Shown here: piece after piece, positions 1 to 8,860 of the stretch
Layout: the number at the start of each line of letters is the position of its first letter
Numbering within the stretch: position 1 is the first letter of the stretch
NCBI RefSeq assembly: GCF_000012285.1
Contig: NC_007181.1
Span: forward strand, 840,001-872,000
Direction: 5' to 3'
DNA: 32,000 bases
From: Sulfolobus acidocaldarius DSM 639
Lineage (GTDB): Archaea > Thermoproteota > Thermoprotei_A > Sulfolobales > Sulfolobaceae
The notes under the pieces: model-generated
Database searches by the model: none
Seen by the model: only the letters and a program-made list of their open reading frames with translations
What the model was told of the DNA's origin: nothing
Program-made: the position numbers and the translations under genes

Positions 1-40
1 AAAAGTTCAGGAAGCTCATGATATTATAAAATCCCTTTTC

Positions 41-688
41 GTGAGCCCACCATTAAACGTAAAGCTTGGTTACATAGTTGAGGCGGAGAATGATAAGGTA
101 AAGCTAAGGGCATGGGGAATTATAATAAATGACGTGAAGTCCCTCTTTAACAGATTGTCAGAGATGAAGATATTTCCAGTTGACTTTAACGCTCTTTCCC
201 TGAAATACTCATTACCTATAAAGGTTATTAAAGATATAATAGAGAAAAAACCATTTGAATTCGAAGATGAAGTGTATAAAGAATTTTTGAAGAAATTTGG
301 TAGTATGTTACCTAGGGTGGAGGACTTTAAAAACTTCAGAATTATAATAAATGTCTCCAAGGAATACGGTACAGTTATCTTACTCTTCAACGGAAATATA
401 ATATACTCATCTAAAATAAACTACTCCACTGTTTCCCATTATCTACTTCTTTCACCTCGAGAATTGATAGAAGAGTTAGTTTTCTCCATTGAGGGACTTG
501 TGAACTTACTAGGGAAGGCTAAAAGTGATTTGGTTCTGCCAGGTGTTGTTGAAGGAAAGCTAAATCAAGATGTTTTTCAAATAAGGTCTGTCAATGAGGA
601 GTTGAGCTTGCCTGTCAAGAGTGTTGAAGAGGTATCAAATTTCGTTCAAAAGCTGAGGAAAGAAATTTTTAACTCTTTTACGAGTTAG
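41..688 (+). CDS. hypothetical protein (possibly 5'-truncated by window edge)
   Basis: 215-aa ORF from GTG at 41. The same frame has no stop between nt 2 and 41, so the real start may lie upstream of the window. No motif recognised. Confidence 0.5.
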   Translation: MSPPLNVKLGYIVEAENDKVKLRAWGIIINDVKSLFNRLSEMKIFPVDFNALSLKYSLPIKVIKDIIEKKPFEFEDEVYKEFLKKFGSMLPRVEDFKNFRIIINVSKEYGTVILLFNGNIIYSSKINYSTVSHYLLLSPRELIEELVFSIEGLVNLLGKAKSDLVLPGVVEGKLNQDVFQIRSVNEELSLPVKSVEEVSNFVQKLRKEIFNSFTS

Positions 689-706
689 TACACGTGGAGA
701 AGTTAA

Positions 707-1018
707 ATGGTAAGTATTAAAGGTCTACATGAAAGAGTTAGATCTATTCTTGACGATATCTATATCGAGTCTCATGAGGTTAGGGGAGTGAGAAACGGTT
801 TTGAAATCATACAAAAATATTCCCGGGATAACTACGTAGAAAAAGAGGAACTCTACATAAATAAAAAAGATTATAGTATAAGCTTGTACATTGATTCCAT
901 TGGAACAGGTTCCTTGACAATAGTAAAGGATGGGAAGATCGAGGCAAGGAAAATCAGTAGTGAAGAATTAGAAAAGACCATAAAGGAAATTATGGCAATT
1001 TTAGGAGATAACTCATAA
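707..1018 (+). CDS. hypothetical small protein
   Basis: 103-aa ORF with ATG at 707, preceded by GGAG at 696-699 (SD-like, internal operon gene). It lies 18 nt after the previous stop, in the same frame but separated by two stops (TAG 686-688, TAA 704-706). Confidence 0.5.
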   Translation: MVSIKGLHERVRSILDDIYIESHEVRGVRNGFEIIQKYSRDNYVEKEELYINKKDYSISLYIDSIGTGSLTIVKDGKIEARKISSEELEKTIKEIMAILGDNS

Positions 1019-1048
1019 TCAATCATAAACAACTAATGTTAAGTTAGC

Positions 1049-2950
1049 TCATGAAAGAATCTGAACTATATCGTCACTAGTCAACCTCTTAGTTGGGTCG
1101 CTTAGTATTGTTCCCTGTATTACTCTGTTGAGCTCGGGAAGAGTATTTATTGGCAGAGAAGGTTTGAAACCTTCTAAAACCTTCTTAGAATTATCTATCT
1201 CCTCAAGCGCATCATTGAATTTATTTTGAAGGTAAAGATCTACTGCTCTCTCTACATATTTTGTAATGGGGCTTACATTTCCGGTGAGCAAGTAATATGC
1301 GGTAACGCCTAATGCATAATTATCCATTGAGGGTTGTGCCCCCTTACCTGTTATCACCGCCTCTATTTGCTCTGGTGGTGAATAGGCTGGTGTTGCTTGT
1401 GTTATCTTCTCTCCTACTCTTACTGCACTACCTAAGTCCCCTAGCTTTATAATTCCACGACTACTTATTTGGTCTAGCAACAACTTCTCATCTTTTGGAG
1501 GTATTACAGACAGAAATATGTTTCTTGGCTTAACATCTAAATGAACATATCCCCTCTTGTGTAAATACTTTAAGGCTAATCCAACTTCTCTTATTATTGC
1601 TTTAACTATATACTGAAAATATGGACTACTTCTTATCTCATTTATAAGGTCAGCTATAGTTCCCCCATCCATGAATTCCATTATTATAGCTGGTGGATAA
1701 TTGAAATAAGCTTCAGCATTTCCTTTGATAATTGAATTGATATAATTACTATCAGCATATATGCCATAAATACTAACTATCTTATCATTCTTAGATAGTT
1801 CCTTTAAATTCTCAGATTCCTTAAATAATGTGTCAAAAGAGGATTTAGATAGATTTTCAGGACTTAAAATCTTAATAGCGTAATATTTACTTTCTCTTTC
1901 TGCTTTCACTACATATCCATTTCCTCCCTGTCCTACGACATCTATAACTTTATACCCATAAATTTCTTTGTTTATCCATATCTTTGGATCCCAATTATTA
2001 AGTGAAGGTAAAGAGACCTTTTGCTTAGGTGTAGGCTTATATAGGCTCTTGAAATTTATAGTGACCGTAGAGCCTCTCTTAACTATCCCACTATCTGTAA
2101 CTGGTTTAAAAATAACATCCCCCACTGTAACTTCTTCAACTTTCCACTTTAGATACTGTTCATTTAGTGCTGGTACCACTAGCTGTTGTCCCTCAGTTAT
2201 ATCATACTCCTGCCCATTAACATTAAGTTTAGAGTTTATCCCTGTCGGTAGACCTGATATTCTGAACACACTTATACAGTGGGGGTATTTGTCAAAGGGT
2301 ATATTGTCGCTCTTCTTGAATTTTATTACAACTGTCTGTCCCTTTCTAATTTTTCCACTGACTACATCTGGCAAGTAATAAGTGTTTTCAACTAATTGCG
2401 GACACAAGAGGTAATCAGCAGATTTTTCCTTTATAGTTACCTTATTTCCTCTCTCTTTCTGAAGAGTTCCGTTAATTTCTATGCTCCATTCTGCTCCTTT
2501 TGGTAAACCCTTGACCACTATTGTAGTTGGATACCCTCTTCCTGATAAGTTAAAGTAGGCTAAGCTCGTTAACGTAGCAAGGTAAATGGGTAATTGTATT
2601 GTTGGAAATACTAACGAGGATATAAATCCACCAATAATACAGACTATTCCCCATACTTCGGGTATGGCTATTCCAGGTAACCCTAACAGGAAGGGTAATA
2701 CTAATCCTAAATAAGGTATATTGAACAACGAGTAATTACCAGTTTGACCTTGAACACTGAAAACAAGTGATATTGCTACTATGAAAATTCCGGCAATTAT
2801 TGAGACCCTTTTTATAAAGGCTGAGATAAAGGATAATATAATTCCCAACGCTATTATTCCTACATAAGCTGGAGAAAATTTTAACTCATAATAGAATATA
2901 GGGAGTATTACCAGAGTTATTGCACTACTTACTAGTAATCTCCTGTTCAA
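1049..2950 (-). CDS. membrane-anchored Hanks-type Ser/Thr protein kinase
   Basis: C-terminal kinase motifs: G-loop GQGGNGYV, YAIKIL lysine motif, catalytic loop HLDVKPRN, DLG (DFG-like), SPPE (APE-like). The N-terminal ~135 aa are polytopic hydrophobic, followed by two tandem beta-rich modules. TTG start overlaps the upstream stop (TTGA). Confidence 0.85.
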   Translation of the reverse strand: MNRRLLVSSAITLVILPIFYYELKFSPAYVGIIALGIILSFISAFIKRVSIIAGIFIVAISLVFSVQGQTGNYSLFNIPYLGLVLPFLLGLPGIAIPEVWGIVCIIGGFISSLVFPTIQLPIYLATLTSLAYFNLSGRGYPTTIVVKGLPKGAEWSIEINGTLQKERGNKVTIKEKSADYLLCPQLVENTYYLPDVVSGKIRKGQTVVIKFKKSDNIPFDKYPHCISVFRISGLPTGINSKLNVNGQEYDITEGQQLVVPALNEQYLKWKVEEVTVGDVIFKPVTDSGIVKRGSTVTINFKSLYKPTPKQKVSLPSLNNWDPKIWINKEIYGYKVIDVVGQGGNGYVVKAERESKYYAIKILSPENLSKSSFDTLFKESENLKELSKNDKIVSIYGIYADSNYINSIIKGNAEAYFNYPPAIIMEFMDGGTIADLINEIRSSPYFQYIVKAIIREVGLALKYLHKRGYVHLDVKPRNIFLSVIPPKDEKLLLDQISSRGIIKLGDLGSAVRVGEKITQATPAYSPPEQIEAVITGKGAQPSMDNYALGVTAYYLLTGNVSPITKYVERAVDLYLQNKFNDALEEIDNSKKVLEGFKPSLPINTLPELNRVIQGTILSDPTKRLTSDDIVQILS

Positions 2951-4050
2951 TTCTGATCATCTAATGTTATGTTTTTAGAGAAATTAAATTTTGCAATGAA
3001 AAAGCCCTCCGTACCATGAATGTTAGGATAAAATCTGACTACTCTTTTCCACACCTTACTCCTCTTATAGCCGTAATTAGTTGTATCTATGGATATGGGC
3101 GTCAGAAAAGCCTCATATTTTTCAGCTATCTTTTCACCTTCTTCCGGAAATAATGAACAAGTGGAGAAGACTGTAGGAACCTTGAATTTCCTTATACTCC
3201 TTAGAATACTTCTTTGGAGTCTGCTTAATCGCATCAAATCCTTTTTGGTTATTCGCAAGAAAATTGAGGGATCTGCAACAAACGTTCCACTATTAGTACA
3301 TGGTGCATCTATGAGAACTTTGTCTGCCTTAGTAATTGGAACATTTGAACCGTCACTCACAACTAATTCAACATTCTCGACACCTAGTTTATTCATTAGA
3401 TCTTGCTGAATCTTTATCCTCTTTGACGATATGTCAATCCCTATCACCAAAGACTTATTATTGGTAATTTGTTGTATTAACGACGTCTTCATACCAGGGG
3501 CGCATCCTATCTCAAGTATTTTTTCATTAGGTTTCGGATCTAGAAAGACAACACTGTAAACACTAGCTTTGTCCTGAATTACAATTTCTCCGTTTTTGAA
3601 CTCCTCTAGATCTGAAATCCTACTTTTTGCCTTTATCACTCTAAATAAAAATTCGAACGAATCTCTTTGGAGTACAACCCCCTTCCTCTCCAGTTTCCTC
3701 CTCACATCTTCGACATCAGCCTTAAGTGTATTTACCCTTATCCACTGCTGTCGCGTCTTTACATTTAAGTCCCCCATTATTGATTGTAGTCTTTCCTCAG
3801 CCCATTTTGGAGGCTTAAATGGAAAGTCTGAATTCAAGGAGACATTTATGATGTCTTCAATATCCCTTTCAGGGTATAGAAATGTAGCATAATAGTAGTT
3901 CCACAGAACTCTTAAGAACTTGTTAAATAGTTTCCTCCTATTTACCTTATGGTTTAGACTTTTTACGGCTATATCGAAAGCCTTTTCAGGAGACGTCTTT
4001 CTTTCAATTATGAGCTTAATAGCAGTGGAAAAAAGCTTTACTTCACTCAT
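2947..4050 (-). CDS. NOL1/NOP2/Sun-family RNA (cytosine-C5)-methyltransferase
   Basis: SAM-binding motif ILEIGCAPGMKT, catalytic motif IV DAPCTNSGT and motif VI STCSL. The ATG overlaps the Elp3 stop (ATGA at 4047-4050). Confidence 0.85.
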   Translation of the reverse strand: MSEVKLFSTAIKLIIERKTSPEKAFDIAVKSLNHKVNRRKLFNKFLRVLWNYYYATFLYPERDIEDIINVSLNSDFPFKPPKWAEERLQSIMGDLNVKTRQQWIRVNTLKADVEDVRRKLERKGVVLQRDSFEFLFRVIKAKSRISDLEEFKNGEIVIQDKASVYSVVFLDPKPNEKILEIGCAPGMKTSLIQQITNNKSLVIGIDISSKRIKIQQDLMNKLGVENVELVVSDGSNVPITKADKVLIDAPCTNSGTFVADPSIFLRITKKDLMRLSRLQRSILRSIRKFKVPTVFSTCSLFPEEGEKIAEKYEAFLTPISIDTTNYGYKRSKVWKRVVRFYPNIHGTEGFFIAKFNFSKNITLDDQN

Positions 4051-5441
4051 TTTAAATCCTTTGCAACGTAAGGATATTCATTGTGATATCCCTTCTTTCT
4101 GTAATATTCTCTAACACCAATCCCTGAAAGCACTAGAATCTTTTTCGCATCAAATTCCTCTACTGATATTCTTTCAGCCTCTGATAATAATCTTCCTCCA
4201 TATCCCTTATGTTGGAAGGAAAAATCATCCCAAAGTCCTACTGGAGTTTCTGGTCCGTAGATATGTAACTCCCTCACTATAGTGACGTCATCTTTATTAC
4301 TTGGCTTTCTTAACCTGAGATAGCCCACCAGTGTATCGTCGTCATATTCGTAAGATAAGAACACCTCTGTCCCTCCACTGGCTTCATAATCATATCTCTT
4401 TAATTTTGGTTCACCAGTAGGTAACTTTCCCGTATGTATCCACTTTATTCCTACTTCTCTGTGTCTAATTTCGTTGATTTTAATGCCCTTCTGTTTTGCC
4501 CTGTTCTCGACTAGTTCTCTGAGGTTTCCTTTCTTGTTACCATCAATAATGATTGTCGCAGGTATATCTCTTTGAACTCTCATTACTCTCACCCAAGGTG
4601 GTATCAGTTTGTAGATTTCTGAAATAAGTTCAACTAGTGTTTCAGTATCATATGGTTTGTAAAGACCCTTTTTCCACAGTTCAGCTAATGGTGCTGTTTC
4701 TACTACTAGTGTTGGATATATTTTCAACATATCTGGTGAAAAATCAGGATCAGAAAATATTCTCTCAAATGACTCCAGATCCTTATCAGGGTCGCTGCCG
4801 GGCAAGCCAAGCATCATGTGATATACTACTTTAAATCCATTATCTTTTAGAATTTTAGTAGCTTCTATTGAGTCTTTAACCGTATGACCCCTGTTACTTT
4901 TCGTCAACAGATCATCAAACACTGTTTGAACTCCCAGTTCAACTTTTGTCACTCCAAGTCTAAGCATTTGCTTAGCATGAACTTCTTTACTCCAGTCCGG
5001 TTTTGTTTCTACGGTTAATCCAACACATCTAATTGACGCAGTCTCGTTTCTCAGTTGTGCGTCCTCTAAGAGTATGAAACCAGGTTTCTGGTTAGAGGGA
5101 TATCTATTCATAGCTTCTAGGGCTTGAGTAACAAACCAATCTTGATAATCTAAGGGAGTAGCGAGAAATGTTCCCCCCATGATTATAAGCTCGATCTTAC
5201 TCGGATTATGACCATTAGCCTCATACTGTCTGAGGCGAGATTGGACTTGGTAGAATGGTTCATAATTATTTTCTATAGCCCTCATTAGTGTAGGTTCATT
5301 TCCGTAATAGCTCTGCGGTGTACCATACTCAACACCTCCTGGGCAGAATATACATTTTCCATGAGGGCATCTGTGAGGGTGTGTCATTACTGACACTATT
5401 GTAACTCCTGAGATCATTCTAACTGGCTTTTTGATTAGCAC
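4047..5441 (-). CDS. elp3: Elp3-type tRNA U34 modification enzyme (radical SAM + GNAT domains)
   Basis: Cys cluster CPHGKCIFCPGG near the N-terminus. C-terminal GNAT motif QHKGYGGRLL. Length (464 aa) and domain order match archaeal Elp3. Confidence 0.85.
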   Translation of the reverse strand: MLIKKPVRMISGVTIVSVMTHPHRCPHGKCIFCPGGVEYGTPQSYYGNEPTLMRAIENNYEPFYQVQSRLRQYEANGHNPSKIELIIMGGTFLATPLDYQDWFVTQALEAMNRYPSNQKPGFILLEDAQLRNETASIRCVGLTVETKPDWSKEVHAKQMLRLGVTKVELGVQTVFDDLLTKSNRGHTVKDSIEATKILKDNGFKVVYHMMLGLPGSDPDKDLESFERIFSDPDFSPDMLKIYPTLVVETAPLAELWKKGLYKPYDTETLVELISEIYKLIPPWVRVMRVQRDIPATIIIDGNKKGNLRELVENRAKQKGIKINEIRHREVGIKWIHTGKLPTGEPKLKRYDYEASGGTEVFLSYEYDDDTLVGYLRLRKPSNKDDVTIVRELHIYGPETPVGLWDDFSFQHKGYGGRLLSEAERISVEEFDAKKILVLSGIGVREYYRKKGYHNEYPYVAKDLK

Positions 5442-5537
5442 AGGTAATTTTTATGATGCAAATTAATAATCCTGTTGATTCTATGGTTTAGATTTTTAGA
5501 GATTAAAGTTTTAAACTATGAGTATTTACTAATTGTT

Positions 5538-6869
5538 ATGAAGCTCACTTGGCGTAGTGTTTTAATAGCCGGTATGGGTGTATTCACTGATGGTTATAAT
5601 CTTTACTCACTTTCCTTGGTAATATATTCCATATCAAATTTCATTAGACTAAACAATGTCACGTCAGGTTTACTCGTTGCAGGGAGCTATTTCGGTGCAG
5701 CCATATCTGCATTGATATTTGGGCTAATTTCAGACTTTCAAGGAAGAAAAAGAATGTATGGAATAGATGTGACTTTAATGACCATAGGCGCTTTTCTTCA
5801 GGCATTTTCCCAGAATTATGGAGAGTTGTTCTTTTCAAGGTTGTTATTAGGAATGGGAATTGGAGCAGATTACGTATTATCTCCTGTTATAGTAGCTGAA
5901 AATGCTGATAAGGACAAAAGGGGAAAGGCAATGGTCATAACATTTGCCGTAATGTGGGGTTTAGGGGCAGTGGTTGCTGCTTTTGTCACTCAAATCTCTT
6001 ATTTCTTGCCTGCCTCTTTAGGCTGGAGAATGGTATTGGGTTTAGGAGCTATCCCTGCCCTTAGCGTTATCTTGGCTAGAAGAAAACTGAGTGAGACTTT
6101 ACTTTTTCTTTCAAAGGTGAAACCAGATATTAAGGAGTTAAATAAATTGAAAAGTGACGGAGTTGATCTGAAGGTAAATGTTGATGAATCCTCCTTTCTA
6201 ATTAGACTGATAAAGTCAATGAGATTCATAATAATTGCAGCAATTCTTTGGGTATTATATGACATTTACTCATCAACTTTTGCCATATACGGTCCGATTA
6301 CAATAGCTCATAATTTAGGCTTGTCGCCAATTATGTTCACGTATGTTGCCCAATTCTTTGCAGGAATACCCGGACAATTAATCTGTATCTTCCTGGTGGA
6401 TAGAATAGGGAGAAGGAAGCTCATAGTTTTAGGCTATGCCGGAGTGGCGTTATGGTTAGTGATGTACTCACTTTTACTGATTAACCCATTTATATTTGGT
6501 CTGCCTAAGACGAGCACATTGGAGGGAACAGGTGCTGTTTTAGGTTTTTCCTTTTATATGCTAAATTATCTGTTTTCAGCAATGGGACCTGCGTCAATAA
6601 TCGGCTCTGGTATGATAGCCCCAGAACTGTCCTTTACAAAAGTGAGGGCAACATCTCAAGCAATAAGCGTCGCTGTGGACAGGGCTGCCTCTGCTACAGT
6701 AATATCATTGTTTCCATCCCTGGTTAACATAGTAGGATTAGGTGTCATGGTGGGAATATACGCTTCTGTTGCATTAATTTCAAGTTTGATAGTCATGTTC
6801 TTCGTACCTGAGACTAGAACCAGAGAATTAGATTTTATCACAGAGGGTGGTAGATCTAAAATTAACTAA
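5538..6869 (+). CDS. MFS transporter
   Basis: About 12 hydrophobic segments. MFS motif A-like [14 protein letters not shown], and the second-half repeat [10 protein letters not shown] prefer ATG at 5538 (MKLTWRS...) over the TTG at 5475 used in the ORF track. Confidence 0.8.
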   Translation: MKLTWRSVLIAGMGVFTDGYNLYSLSLVIYSISNFIRLNNVTSGLLVAGSYFGAAISALIFGLISDFQGRKRMYGIDVTLMTIGAFLQAFSQNYGELFFSRLLLGMGIGADYVLSPVIVAENADKDKRGKAMVITFAVMWGLGAVVAAFVTQISYFLPASLGWRMVLGLGAIPALSVILARRKLSETLLFLSKVKPDIKELNKLKSDGVDLKVNVDESSFLIRLIKSMRFIIIAAILWVLYDIYSSTFAIYGPITIAHNLGLSPIMFTYVAQFFAGIPGQLICIFLVDRIGRRKLIVLGYAGVALWLVMYSLLLINPFIFGLPKTSTLEGTGAVLGFSFYMLNYLFSAMGPASIIGSGMIAPELSFTKVRATSQAISVAVDRAASATVISLFPSLVNIVGLGVMVGIYASVALISSLIVMFFVPETRTRELDFITEGGRSKIN

Positions 6870-6902
6870 TTGAGCCCATAAGTGAGCTGTAAAATTTTAC
6901 TT

Positions 6903-7067
6903 TCAGGAATGTGAAGACGAAGTTATTTTTTCCACTATTTCATCGTATAGCAAAGTTCTTATTAACTCCTCCATAGCCTCATCAAAGCTGATCCCCTCAC
7001 TTAATGCATATATTTCAACCTTTCTTTCTACCTCCTCATCAAGGTTTAATGTGACTTCTACTTTCAT
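6903..7067 (-). CDS. small ribbon-helix-helix-like (CopG/antitoxin-like) protein, 54 aa, not in ORF track
   Basis: Manual translation: MKVEVTLNLDEEVERKVEIYALSEGISFDEAMEELIRTLLYDEIVEKITSSSHS. An N-terminal beta-strand (KVEVTL) followed by two helices matches the RHH pattern. ATG at 7067, TGA at 6903-6905. Confidence 0.4.
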   Translation of the reverse strand: MKVEVTLNLDEEVERKVEIYALSEGISFDEAMEELIRTLLYDEIVEKITSSSHS

Positions 7068-7305
7068 AATTAAATAGGTGTAGAAAATATTATAAGGAGT
7101 TAACTATCGTAAATTCGTAAAAAATTCGAAAATGTATATGATGGGGTAATAACTTTTTTGTAAAATTTGCTTTCGTTTCAAACCACTAACCCAACGTCAT
7201 CCCGGGATTATTTAAAAATGTCAAAGACGCAAAGATTAACGTAATACCATTGTCTACGCTTGTGTAAGTGTAGTACATATTATTTCAAACTTCGAACTTG
7301 GTTCT

Positions 7306-8025
7306 CTAAATCAAATTTAAAATCTCCATTATGTCGTTTAGCTCATAAGCCTCAGGGGTGAAGGTTCCTTGACTTATGAACGGTACGTATTCTAATGAAT
7401 TTCTGGTCTTAATCTCCACGTCCTTTAATGTAAACAGTATTTTAGGATTAGATAAGTCATCTTTCCATACGTGAATATGGAATCCCCTTTTAGTCACTAA
7501 TACCAATCTAGCCTTTATCCCTGAAAGCTGTTGAATTATTGATGGATTTTTAGAGTCAACATCTAGCATAAACATTCTAAAATCAACGTTCTTAGCTAAC
7601 TCTGAGTAGTATATTTTCTCTATATCTACCTCTTTGTCACAATTGCTTACATATCTACTAACTGCATTTCTTGACGCTTTCTTCATATTTATGGGATTGA
7701 GTACATGCATTATTTTTATCCAATTCTTATCTATCCTAACTCCCCTTACTTGAAATTCAATGTTATCCCGTATTGCGGATAAAATACTCACAGTCTTCAG
7801 CGGATCCTTAGTCTTTAGCCTGAACAAGACCTTATCTATATTTACACCTAATTTTTCCTTGATACCCCTCTCCCGAGATATAAGGTAAAATAAATAGGTT
7901 TCATCCACTTCAAGCTTAGGCAAATATCTGAGTAGATATTCTTCGAGCGAAAGCTTTCTCATTATTCGTTCCTTATTAAGACTAAATAATAATGTTTTTG
8001 AGTTTCCCACTTTCAGATAAAACAT
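7306..8025 (-). CDS. hypothetical protein with AEP/PrimPol-like motif pattern
   Basis: 239-aa [11 protein letters not shown] (DxD, res 152-159), [10 protein letters not shown] (GxHxH, res 178-187) and KDVEIK (res 201-206) have spacing resembling archaeo-eukaryotic primase motifs I-III. A TATA-like TTTATAC lies about 25-30 nt upstream of ATG 8025. Alternative ATG at 7962. Confidence 0.55.
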   Translation of the reverse strand: MFYLKVGNSKTLLFSLNKERIMRKLSLEEYLLRYLPKLEVDETYLFYLISRERGIKEKLGVNIDKVLFRLKTKDPLKTVSILSAIRDNIEFQVRGVRIDKNWIKIMHVLNPINMKKASRNAVSRYVSNCDKEVDIEKIYYSELAKNVDFRMFMLDVDSKNPSIIQQLSGIKARLVLVTKRGFHIHVWKDDLSNPKILFTLKDVEIKTRNSLEYVPFISQGTFTPEAYELNDIMEILNLI

Positions 8026-8079
8026 TGAATAGGATTCTCCTGTTTTACGTATAAATCCACTATGTTCTAATTACATAGG

Positions 8080-8499
8080 TTAACATGCATACATTTGAAT
8101 CTCATCAAAACTTGCACTTTCTAGTAATATACCTGAATGCAAACTACCCAATACATACCTTAAAAAAGGCAATTTACTATACGATAACTTGTAAATCTCT
8201 CCATTTATGAAAACGATTATGTCCTTTCTATTATGGTCAACATAAAGGAGAAAATCCTCATAGTCAATTTTCTTCACCAGTCCTTTTATGGTTAGACTAC
8301 CTACGAGTAAACTTCCACAGCTCTCAATAAAATATGATAGATCCACTCCGTCTAGTCTAAAGACCAACATAGGTTTTGCAAAATTAATTTTGTATCCTTC
8401 TGGAATTTTTTTAGCTTCTTTTATCTTTCCTCCATCTATTATGAATTTCTTGTCCTTAGTGATAAACGCAATTTTGTTGATATTATTATAATCATCCAT
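8080..8499 (-). CDS. hypothetical protein
   Basis: 139-aa ORF, 54 nt upstream of and co-oriented with the 7306-8025 gene. No motif recognised. Confidence 0.5.
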   Translation of the reverse strand: MDDYNNINKIAFITKDKKFIIDGGKIKEAKKIPEGYKINFAKPMLVFRLDGVDLSYFIESCGSLLVGSLTIKGLVKKIDYEDFLLYVDHNRKDIIVFINGEIYKLSYSKLPFLRYVLGSLHSGILLESASFDEIQMYAC

Positions 8500-8628
8500 A
8501 ATAAAAGATGATAGGAAACCAATATTTTAATCTTTTTGGTGGGAAAATATGAATATAGACTAGCTATATATTGTCATTTACTATATTGAGTTTATATATT
8601 GCTATATAGTACTATAAAGAAGACTGAA

Positions 8629-8853
8629 ATGAGAATTAAGGACGCGATAAATAAGGTTTTTTGGACGGAGAGTAGTTCCCTAGACAAGTTTACACTCATC
8701 TTAAGAGACAGAAAAAAGGGATCAATAGAGGTTCCATTTCCCGATATATCGAGTGTAGATAACAATTACATTTACCTTAAGGATGATACTATAATTCCAC
8801 TTCATAGGGTGATAGAAATTAGAAAAGGCAATGAGACCTGGTGGAGGCGTTAA
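8629..8853 (+). CDS. UPF0248/DUF504 (MJ1316-like) small protein
   Basis: MRIKDAINKVFW...IPLHRVIEIRKGNETWWRR matches the remembered UPF0248 pattern (N-terminal KIKW-like motif, C-terminal IPxHRIxEIRK..G..iW.R). ATG 8629 is preferred, with TTTATATATT at 8591-8600 as the TATA box. Confidence 0.7.
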   Translation: MRIKDAINKVFWTESSSLDKFTLILRDRKKGSIEVPFPDISSVDNNYIYLKDDTIIPLHRVIEIRKGNETWWRR

Positions 8854-8860
8854 ATAAATC

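Noticed and set aside
686-709. Possibility that 41-688 and 707-1018 (same frame) are one gene split by a stop (readthrough or pseudogene)
   Set aside because: Two in-frame stops (TAG 686-688 and TAA 704-706) separate them. The second ORF has its own GGAG plus ATG, so an ordinary two-gene operon is more likely.
1968-2378. 136-aa plus-strand ORF, and similar ORFs at 70-390, 3089-3409, 3596-3892, 3920-4114, 4637-4834, 5999-6265, 6656-6841, 8288-8491, 13726-13920, 14696-14893, 16019-16213, 18852-19064, 19998-20195, 20840-21025, 21930-22340, 22635-22844, 26003-26236, 26516-26743, 29043-29234, 29106-29327 and 31440-31655
   Set aside because: All lie antisense to, or out of frame within, longer ORFs that carry clear family motifs. 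Their low-complexity Ser/Leu/Phe-rich translations are typical of shadow ORFs in AT-rich genomes.
8500-8628. Repeated GCTATATA / CTATATTG words between the divergent 139-aa and UPF0248 genes as a special repeat element
   Set aside because: These are most simply overlapping TATA-box-like sequences of a bidirectional promoter in AT-rich DNA. There is no extended similarity or symmetry beyond the TATA words.
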